DNA of 64,000 bases from Planctomycetota bacterium (lineage in GTDB: Bacteria > Planctomycetota > SZUA-567 > H5-PLA8), in NCBI GenBank assembly GCA_038227875.1, contig JBBRPR010000038.1, forward strand, positions 1 through 64,000, in the 5' to 3' direction. The notes under the pieces were generated by a model. That model was not told where the DNA came from. It did no database searches and saw only the letters and a program-made list of their open reading frames with translations. The translations under genes and the position numbers were made by a program. Positions 10,001 to 17,094 of this stretch are shown in pieces. How positions within the stretch are numbered: the stretch's first letter is position 1; the number at the start of each line of letters is the position of its first letter.

Positions 10001-11001
10001 CGCGCGGACTTCCGATCGACCTGGCGGAGCTGCACGGGCGCTGGCAGTGCGGACTCGCGATGATTGGAGACGATTACGCGGTTGCGGCCGGCTTCCTTCG
10101 CCTGATAAAGCGCCGCGTCGGTCTGCAGGAAGAGCGTCGCACCGTCGGCGGCGTTGAGCGGATGCCCCGCGATGCCAATGGTGCCGGTGACTTTGACGTC
10201 GAATTTCAGTTCGGAAATCGCTGCGCGGATTTTCTCCGCGACCAGTGTGGCCTTGTCCGGCGGCGTATCGGGCAGAAGCACTTCGAATTCGTCGCCGCCG
10301 AAGCGGGCCAGCACGTCCGTCGAGCGCAACAGCCGCTTGAGCAGACTCGAGACCTGAAGCAGACAAGCGTTGCCCGCCGCGTGGCCGCACGTGTCGTTCA
10401 GCTGCTTGAAGTGATCAAGATCGAGCAGTAGCAGCGAGACCGGACTTTCCGTGCGCATGGCGCGGCGCACCGCGTGCTCGACTTCCTGCTGAAACTGGCG
10501 ATGCGTCAGCAGCCCGGTGAGCGGGTCGGTGATCGCGGAATGGTAGAGGTTGGCGTGTTCAATGGCGGTGGCGGCCTGCAGCGCCAGCGTTTCGAGAAAT
10601 TCGCGATCGCGATCCGACAAGGTGAAATCGGGCGCGGAGGATTCCAGATACAGCGCCCCCACCACGCCGCGCGCTGCCGCAAGCGGCGCACAGAAGAGCG
10701 TCAGCCCGGCACCGCCGGTGACGGCGTTGGCGAGTTGATGCCCGCTGATCACGCGCGCTGTGCGGATTGCTTCGCGCGCGGCTTCTTCGGCGTGCGCTTT
10801 CGGACTGCTTCCCACAGGCATGCAGGCGCGCGACGTTAAGCCGTCGCGTTCCAGCAGGAAGACGGCACTGAACTGCATGCCGGAAAATTGAATCGCGTCG
10901 GCGGCGATGCGGACGAGCAACTGCTCAAACTGCGGCTCCGAACCCCAGATGCGGCTGGCGCCGAAGAGCGCCTTCCACCGACTGTCGGATGCTGCCGCCA
11001 C
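7099..11001 (-). CDS. GAF - diguanylate cyclase (GGDEF) - Ser/Thr protein kinase - beta-sandwich - TPR fusion
   Basis: GAF (APL...VVGALYL), TDPLTGL, DLDHFKQLND, RSTD I-site plus RFGGDEF; kinase motifs LGTGSNG, IALK, HLDLTPSN, DWG, APEQ, ADVFALG; helical TPR-like C-terminus. GTG 11001 with a GAGG RBS is preferred to the track start at 11061. Confidence 0.88.
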   Translation of the reverse strand: MAAASDSRWKALFGASRIWGSEPQFEQLLVRIAADAIQFSGMQFSAVFLLERDGLTSRACMPVGSSPKAHAEEAAREAIRTARVISGHQLANAVTGGAGLTLFCAPLAAARGVVGALYLESSAPDFTLSDRDREFLETLALQAATAIEHANLYHSAITDPLTGLLTHRQFQQEVEHAVRRAMRTESPVSLLLLDLDHFKQLNDTCGHAAGNACLLQVSSLLKRLLRSTDVLARFGGDEFEVLLPDTPPDKATLVAEKIRAAISELKFDVKVTGTIGIAGHPLNAADGATLFLQTDAALYQAKEAGRNRVIVSNHRESALPAPVQLRQVDRKSARTSGAGDPAIRLADNLQEKIDGHVLVRRLGTGSNGEVLLVKQPELNREIALKRPLTSHLTEEQTKAFEQEARVTASLNHPGVVTVHNMGRDLDGRRYYTMKPLDGFSLAYVLDQHRAGNLEFTRDYSQNRLLEVLQRASETMAYAHQRGVAHLDLTPSNLVIGDFGEVTVIDWGCGASSSALTRGPNPNSLSLSMIAGSPRYLAPEQVPPNFAPPGPAADVFALGAMLYEILTLRAPFQGATLDETLRLLAAGTVVPPEQLKPEVGIDPTLSEICLNALKPDPAARITALEFSEKLGRFVRREAEWIVTRFGPEHPLVEEEWNPVVGRFELKDGFFTSISCGGYEHILLWKVPVQGSFRFVAEGWIDENMGELALIGAATLEPTFRLGYIFQFGAEFNTISKLSRTGSGVAAVRGPAVPGRKYKLELEYQEQEGWLHCYVDGQQIFAYRELFSFPGNYIGFYSFVGGTHIRPLEIHRKVWGLQVPAIRSADNLYRYGAYEAALERYREIAERAPNRLEGLEAQLKRAMSLGMLKRKDEARQAFQALAGTVMEPYALAEQSVIELRELKEPWRGLELARDVIHRFPDSQARWRLTPSVVLFINIDTFHGMPLTETLSLLQQLHTLTGKALWPPTSTQLHILNQLARIDGLLGDWSAALAEMQKLYAAIPERQNLLCRPHLMWAALANGRDDLLIYDDRELTGWNFMFADWASGLTLHVAVRTGNLQRFNAFCRDVKYDIMTPEKIPGYTDLILTHVAAGDLTGADKIMDMVLEHAKVGGSLRYMRDVAFALVETGHTELLQRWLNFWRTRPVAGQELMERVALSQIAHDFGDFERAASLLNVEHLEPRREIRMINPYLRQVMLVSLGLIKGALADEVRKDYVNRLAGPQLELAEMFFEKREPVPTAKWPHHMWCVEWRLWLAQWLEVKGRSREAVALAQTAIDARYGDTYSQPALRHFITQHGGAAQK

Positions 11002-11162
11002 GTTGCGCCTCGCTGATTGGAAGTTGCAGGGCCATGATACGGAGATGGAACTGCCGGGCAAGCAGCACGTCGAAATAAATCCATCAAGGTGCGTGCTTAA
11101 GTTGACCCTAATTTGAAATTAATGCGCTTGTTTTGAAATTTTACGTCTTTATTTATAATCAA

Positions 11163-11180
11163 AATACAACTAAGTGTATT
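11163..11180. promoter_or_regulatory. Palindromic operator candidate AATACA-N6-TGTATT
   Basis: AATACAACTAAGTGTATT in the divergent intergenic region, 16/18 identical to 7049-7066. Confidence 0.55.
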
Positions 11181-11237
11181 ATTGTGTACTTGAGCGCATC
11201 TCGCTCATTTGTCGACACTTCGGGGGAGACTGGCATC

Positions 11238-14200
11238 ATGAAGACGCAGGCTAAAGTGATGGAGCGGCTGGGCTGGATCATCTTCGCGGTCTGCGCGGGG
11301 GCCTTGGGCCTGGTGCTCAGCGGCTCGGTTCACGCCGCCACCTATTATGTCAGCCCCAGCGGTAGCGACTCCAATCCCGGCACCACTCAGCAAGCGCCGT
11401 GGCAGACCGCATCGAAAGTCAACGCGTCGGCGCTGCAGCCGGGAGACACGGTCTTCTTCGCGCGCGGCGGCGAATGGCACGAACGGCTCGCGCCCAACTC
11501 CAGCGGCGCGCAAGGCAACCCGATCACCTTCGATGCCTACGGTTCAGGCGCGAAGCCGAAGTTCTGGGGCAGCGATGTGCTCACGCCGGGGAATTGGACC
11601 GCGCAGGGCGGAAACGTGTACGCCTACTCCGGCTTCTCCTCGAACGTGACCGAAGTGCTCGCCAACCACGGGACCGACGTCAACGGTCAGTGGTACAACG
11701 GAGGCAGCCCCAACAGCCAGACCGGCGTTTTCGATTTCAACAGCGGCACGCTGCGCATCAGTTCCGTCAGCGATCCGCGCAGCGACGGTCGCGTGTACAC
11801 GGCGGTTGTTCGGCAGGATGTGGTTGCATCGAACGGCAAGGACCACCTCGTCTTCAAAAATCTCCAAGGCGACGAATGCGCCGATCCGGGCGCGGGCTAC
11901 GTCTTCCGCTGCGAAGGCAGCCAGGACGTCACCTTCGACACCTGCGATGCCTACCGCGGCGGGCGGCACAATTTCGGCGTGATCAACGCGACGGGCTTCG
12001 TCGGGCGGAATCTTTACGCGGCGTACGCGATGCCCAATATCAGCGGCGGCGCGACGTTCTACGTCACGTACTCGGGATCGGAATCGAACTACAGCAACTG
12101 CACCTCCTCTTATATCAACTGCACTGGCGAACATTTCGAAGACGGCAACGGCGGCGCGTACCAGTATTTCGTCTGCCACGGCGCCAAGCAGGGCCCGATT
12201 TCGTTCCAGAACTGCATCGACAAGGGCGGCAAGTTTTCGATTCTGCAGGAGAACCCCGCACAACTCGTGACCGTGACGGGCGGCACCATTTACGACGCCG
12301 ACTACGAATTGTTCTGCGACAATGTCGTCACCGACGGCCTGACGCTGACGGGAAATTCCGCCGTCGACTGCTATTCGAAGAACTGCATCTTTCAGAACCT
12401 GCTGATGACAATCAATCCCAACGGTGGCGGGCCGACCGGTTATGGCGCCGCGTTCGTGTTCCGTTCCGGAGCTCAGAACAACACGATCCGCTTCTGCACC
12501 GTCGCGATGGACCCACCCACAGGCAACGACAAGCCGTGCATTGTGTTTCCGGTGAGCAACACGCCGACGAGCTGGTACGGCAACGTCTTCATCAGCACGG
12601 GGCAAGCCGTCTCGGACTGGGGCACGCTTTTCAACGCCGGCGGCACGATCCCCTCCAGCGACATTGTGACCGTTGATTACAACTACTACGCGACGTCCGG
12701 CACGTTCAATCACCAAAGTCTGAGCGCCTGGCAGGGCCTGGGCTTTGCCGATCAGCATTCCATCGCGGGCGCGCTTCCGTTCAACAACGCGGCCAGCGGC
12801 GATTACACGCTTAAAGCAGGCTCCGCGGCGATCGATGCTGCTGCCGTCAGCGCCGCCAACATCCCGGCTCAGGATTTCAACGGGACCGCCCGACCGCAGG
12901 GCTCCGCCGCGGACATGGGCGCATTCGAAGTCTCCGGCGCGCCAGTCAAGCCGGTGATCACGAGCTCCAATACGGCGACGGGCGTGGTCGGGCAGAGTTT
13001 CTCGTATCAGATCACGGCCTCGGGAAGCCCGACGAGTTTCGGCGCGTCGCCTTTGCCGAACGGTTTGAATATCAGCGCCTCGGGCTTGATCTCCGGCACG
13101 CCCACGGCGGCCAGCAGCGGAACGGTAACGCTGACGGCCTCCAATGGCGCCGGCCAGGGGACACTGCAACTGACGCTCACCGTCACGGCGGCCGCGAACA
13201 TTCCGCCGACGATCTCCATCACGTCGCCCGGCGGCGGAACGCTCTTTCCGACCGCGCCGTCCAACGTTGCCATCACAGTCAACGCGGCCGATGCCGACGG
13301 CTCGGTCAGCAAGGTTGATTTTTACGCCGGCTCGACGTTTCTCGGCACCAGCAGCACGGCGCCGTTCAACTTCACGTGGAACAGCGCGCCGCAGGGAGCG
13401 TACGATCTGACAGCGAAGGCGACGGACAATCAGAACGCGACGACCACCTCAGCGATCGTACACATCACCGTCGGCGCGAGCGGCACGGTCTACTACGTCA
13501 GCCCCACCGGCAACGACGCCAACGACGGCAAGTCGACGGCGACGGCATGGAAGACGGTCCATCAGGTCAATCTGCTGACGTTCAAGCCGGGCGATGCGAT
13601 TTTGTTCGAACGCAACGGCACCTGGCGCGAACAGGTCGCGCCGAATTCCAACGGCACCGCCGGCAATCCGCTGGTCTACGGAGCGTACGGCACCGGCGCG
13701 AAGCCGAAGTTCCTCGGCAGTGAACTGCTGACCAATGCCAACTTCACTCTGGTCACCGGCAGCACGTACAAGTACGTCACGCCTTACGCCGTTAACGGCT
13801 CTTGCGGCATCGCGGTGAACGACACGCTGCTACCGTGGACGGGAGATTTCAACTCCACAACCTTGTCGACCGTGGAGAGCACCGCCAACAGCTTCGCGAT
13901 CGATAGCGCGAACAACACGATCTACATCAACACCGGCGGCAGCAACCCGGCCAGCGACGGCAAAGCCTACGCCGTCTGCGTGCGCGAAGATGAATTCCTG
14001 ATCGTCGGTCGGCAGTACGTGACGTTCCAGGACCTGGCCACCGACGAGACCGCGCGCAACGACGGCGGCTACGGCTGGCGCATCAATGCCGACAGTCATT
14101 TGCTCTTCCAACGCTGCGAAGCCTACCGCGCGGGCGTCGCGCACTTCGGGATCGTCGATTCAGATCAGATCACCATCGATCAGTGTTTCGCGGCGTACGC

Positions 14201-16154
14201 GTTGCCCAACCTGCATATCCGCAACGCAGCCTACCTGGTGAACAACACCATCAACGCCAGCACGCAATTCACCGACTGCGTCGCGCAGCATCTTCAAAAT
14301 TCGCCGGGCAATGAAACCTATTGGGCCTTCGCTTCGGTTGGAAACGGGACCGGCACGAATCTGTTCAAAAATCTGACCTGCACCGGTTTCGGTGGCGGCG
14401 AGTTCTACCTCGCGGGAAAGAACCTTAACACCGTCCAGGGCGGCGTGCTCGAAAACGGACGCGGCCAGTTTTTCGCCGACAGCGTCCTGCTCGATGGCCT
14501 CACCATCACCGGCAGCGGCGGTGTCGACAACTACGGCAAGAACTGTGTCATCCAGAATTGCGTCTTCAACTGCCCGCTCGGCGGATTCTCCGGCGGCTAT
14601 CCCGCCGCGATTGCACTGCGCGGGGGTGCCACGGGCAACATCATCCGCTTCAACACGATGAACATGGGCTCCGGCTCGGCGATCAAGCTGCTGAGCACCG
14701 GTCTGCAAACGAACATCTATGGCAACATCCTGCTCAGCGGCAATCCCGTGATCAGCGGGACCGTCGGCAGCACTGCGGATGTCGCGTCGATGGACTACAA
14801 TTTCTTCAACGCCTCTCCGACGTTCACGGATTCCAACACGAGCTTCGCCAGTTGGAAAGCGAACTACGATTCGCATTCGCTCACCGGCGATCCCAAGTTC
14901 ACCAATGCGGCCTCGGGAGACTTCTCGCTGCTGCAGTCGTCGCCCGCCATCGATCAGGCCCTGGTTTCGGCGGCGAACATTCCGGCGACGGACTTCGCGG
15001 GACTCGCGCGGCCCCTGGGCCAGGCCGCAGACATCGGCGCGTTTGAATTCAACGGCAACGCGCCGTTGCTGATCACCACGGCGACGCTCCCCGACGGCAC
15101 CGTCGGCACCGCCTATACGAAGACACTCACGGCCAGCGGCGGTTCGGGCGTCTACGCGTGGACCGTGAAGTCAGGAACACTGCCCAACGGCGTGACGTTA
15201 AGCACCTCCGGCGTGCTCAGCGGAACGCCGACACTGGATGGCGCGTTCAACTTCACGCTGCAGGTGAAGGACTCCGCCAACGTTATCACGACAAAGACCT
15301 ACTCGATCACGATTCAGAAGAAAATCGTCACGGTCAATCACGCGCCGACGATCGTCTCCGGACCGACCGGTACACCGGGCTCGGCTCACGTCGGCGACAC
15401 GATCAGTTTCAGCAGCGCCGGCAGCGATCCGGACAGCGATCCGCTCACGTACACGTGGGATTACGGTGACGGCACGTCCGCCACCAGCGCGAACACCACG
15501 CATGTGTACGCGGTTCCCGGAACGTTCACGGTCACGCTCACGGTTTCAGATCCGGGCGGGCTGAATGCGAAGAAAAGCATCAGCGTCGTGATCGTCGCTG
15601 CGTCCACGAATCCCGGCGGTGGTGGTGGAACGGGAACTGGGTCGGGCGGAGGAGGCACGGGCGGCGACGGTGGCACAGGTGGTGGTGGCCTGCCGGGCGG
15701 ACCGCTGAGCATGACTGTGTCGAAACTTTCCGGCGGCGCGAGCTTCAAAACAGCGGGCCACGACAGCGCGTCGATTTCCGGCGTCATTCCGAATGTTCCC
15801 GCGACGTTCTCGCCGCTGGGCCAGACGCTGGTGTTGGATATCGGCGGCGCGGCCGTCACGTTTACGCTCGACAAAAACGGCAAAGCCAAAAACACGCAGG
15901 GAACGCTGGCACTGAAACTGAAAGGCAAGAAAGTGAAGAAGGTCTTCACCTTTGCCGGCGGCGATGTGCCGTTCACCGCGAAAATTCAGAAGGGCACGTG
16001 GGCCGGCAACTGGGGCTTGGACCCAAATGCCACGCAAGCCAAAGGCACGACGTCGATGGTGATCAACATTGCGCTCGGCGGCAACACTTACGCCAGCACC
16101 GTAAATCTGACGTTGTCCTCGAAAGCGCACGTCAGCGCGAAGTTCAAGAAGTAA
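11238..16154 (+). CDS. Large secreted protein: two right-handed beta-helix modules, choice-of-anchor-Q-like segments, Ig-like and PKD domains, Gly linker, basic C-terminal domain
   Basis: Signal peptide after ATG 11238 (GGGAG RBS); duplicated YYVSPxGxDxNxG...PGDxxxFxRxGxWxE modules; SxAID...DxxGxxRP...DxGAFE; PKD motif YTWDYGDG. Confidence 0.85.
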   Translation: MKTQAKVMERLGWIIFAVCAGALGLVLSGSVHAATYYVSPSGSDSNPGTTQQAPWQTASKVNASALQPGDTVFFARGGEWHERLAPNSSGAQGNPITFDAYGSGAKPKFWGSDVLTPGNWTAQGGNVYAYSGFSSNVTEVLANHGTDVNGQWYNGGSPNSQTGVFDFNSGTLRISSVSDPRSDGRVYTAVVRQDVVASNGKDHLVFKNLQGDECADPGAGYVFRCEGSQDVTFDTCDAYRGGRHNFGVINATGFVGRNLYAAYAMPNISGGATFYVTYSGSESNYSNCTSSYINCTGEHFEDGNGGAYQYFVCHGAKQGPISFQNCIDKGGKFSILQENPAQLVTVTGGTIYDADYELFCDNVVTDGLTLTGNSAVDCYSKNCIFQNLLMTINPNGGGPTGYGAAFVFRSGAQNNTIRFCTVAMDPPTGNDKPCIVFPVSNTPTSWYGNVFISTGQAVSDWGTLFNAGGTIPSSDIVTVDYNYYATSGTFNHQSLSAWQGLGFADQHSIAGALPFNNAASGDYTLKAGSAAIDAAAVSAANIPAQDFNGTARPQGSAADMGAFEVSGAPVKPVITSSNTATGVVGQSFSYQITASGSPTSFGASPLPNGLNISASGLISGTPTAASSGTVTLTASNGAGQGTLQLTLTVTAAANIPPTISITSPGGGTLFPTAPSNVAITVNAADADGSVSKVDFYAGSTFLGTSSTAPFNFTWNSAPQGAYDLTAKATDNQNATTTSAIVHITVGASGTVYYVSPTGNDANDGKSTATAWKTVHQVNLLTFKPGDAILFERNGTWREQVAPNSNGTAGNPLVYGAYGTGAKPKFLGSELLTNANFTLVTGSTYKYVTPYAVNGSCGIAVNDTLLPWTGDFNSTTLSTVESTANSFAIDSANNTIYINTGGSNPASDGKAYAVCVREDEFLIVGRQYVTFQDLATDETARNDGGYGWRINADSHLLFQRCEAYRAGVAHFGIVDSDQITIDQCFAAYALPNLHIRNAAYLVNNTINASTQFTDCVAQHLQNSPGNETYWAFASVGNGTGTNLFKNLTCTGFGGGEFYLAGKNLNTVQGGVLENGRGQFFADSVLLDGLTITGSGGVDNYGKNCVIQNCVFNCPLGGFSGGYPAAIALRGGATGNIIRFNTMNMGSGSAIKLLSTGLQTNIYGNILLSGNPVISGTVGSTADVASMDYNFFNASPTFTDSNTSFASWKANYDSHSLTGDPKFTNAASGDFSLLQSSPAIDQALVSAANIPATDFAGLARPLGQAADIGAFEFNGNAPLLITTATLPDGTVGTAYTKTLTASGGSGVYAWTVKSGTLPNGVTLSTSGVLSGTPTLDGAFNFTLQVKDSANVITTKTYSITIQKKIVTVNHAPTIVSGPTGTPGSAHVGDTISFSSAGSDPDSDPLTYTWDYGDGTSATSANTTHVYAVPGTFTVTLTVSDPGGLNAKKSISVVIVAASTNPGGGGGTGTGSGGGGTGGDGGTGGGGLPGGPLSMTVSKLSGGASFKTAGHDSASISGVIPNVPATFSPLGQTLVLDIGGAAVTFTLDKNGKAKNTQGTLALKLKGKKVKKVFTFAGGDVPFTAKIQKGTWAGNWGLDPNATQAKGTTSMVINIALGGNTYASTVNLTLSSKAHVSAKFKK

Positions 16155-16320
16155 GCGCTGCTGCACTAAGAGCATTCTTACACTGTGCGCAAAACCGTGG
16201 TCGCAAATTTGCGACCACCAAAAACCAACGATCCCCATTGCTTCGTTTCATCCCTTTACGCGCGTCGCTCCCGGCGAGTAATGTACTCCGCGGCGCAGCT
16301 ATATAAGGGAGATTCGATCC

Positions 16321-16977
16321 ATGCGGCTCATCGACCTATCGCAACCGGTGTTCGATCAGTGCCCGAACTGTCCGGCGCATCCGCCGATCACCGTTAACAT
16401 GCTGGCCACGCACGAGAAAGACGGCTGGCAGGTCGAAGGCATCGCGATCACGCCGCACGGCGGCACGCACCTCGACGCGCCGCTGCACAAATTCGCCAGC
16501 GGGACGAGCATTGACAAGATGCCGCTGGAAGGCTTCGTCGCCAACGCGTACATCGCCGACTTTCGCGGCGTTCCCAAAAACACGCCGATCGACGGAAAGA
16601 TGTTCGCGTCGAAGCTTCCCGACAAGCTGGACGACGCCGTCGTGCTGATCGCAACCGGCTGGGGCTACCAGCGCGCGCGGACGAAGGAATGGTTTTACGA
16701 AGCGCCGCACATGGTTGCCGACGGCGCGCGCTGGCTGGCGGAACGGAACATCCGTGGCGTGGGCATCGACCACTATTCCATTTCCTGCAACGAACCCGAA
16801 AACACACGCACCCACGAAGTCCTGCTCGGCACGAACAAGATCTGGATTCTGGAAGAACTGCATTTCCCCGAAGCCGCCTTCGCCCTCCCCCGCCCGTCGA
16901 AAATCTGGGCGCTGCCAATCAACATTCGTGGCGGGAGCGGAGCGTGGTGTAGGCCGGTGCTTGTGGCAGAAGCGTGA
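16321..16977 (+). CDS. Cyclase family metal hydrolase (kynurenine formamidase-like)
   Basis: IDLSQP, HGGTHLDAPLH (HxGTHxDxPxH) and GVGID motifs. Confidence 0.92.
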   Translation: MRLIDLSQPVFDQCPNCPAHPPITVNMLATHEKDGWQVEGIAITPHGGTHLDAPLHKFASGTSIDKMPLEGFVANAYIADFRGVPKNTPIDGKMFASKLPDKLDDAVVLIATGWGYQRARTKEWFYEAPHMVADGARWLAERNIRGVGIDHYSISCNEPENTRTHEVLLGTNKIWILEELHFPEAAFALPRPSKIWALPINIRGGSGAWCRPVLVAEA

Positions 16978-16987
16978 GGTTACCGGC

Positions 16988-17086
16988 AGTTTTTAGTTGT
17001 GAGTTTTGAGTTTTGAGTTGAGTTGCGGGATAGACGCTTGTTTTGTCCGATCACAACTCAAAACTAAAACTTCAAAACTCAAAACT
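16988..17086. repeat. Inverted arrays of the heptamer GAGTTTT/AAAACTC between convergent genes
   Basis: (GAGTTTT)n on the left and (AAAACTC)n on the right can pair as a long stem; possible bidirectional terminator. Confidence 0.7.
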
Positions 17087-17094
17087 ATCTCTTG

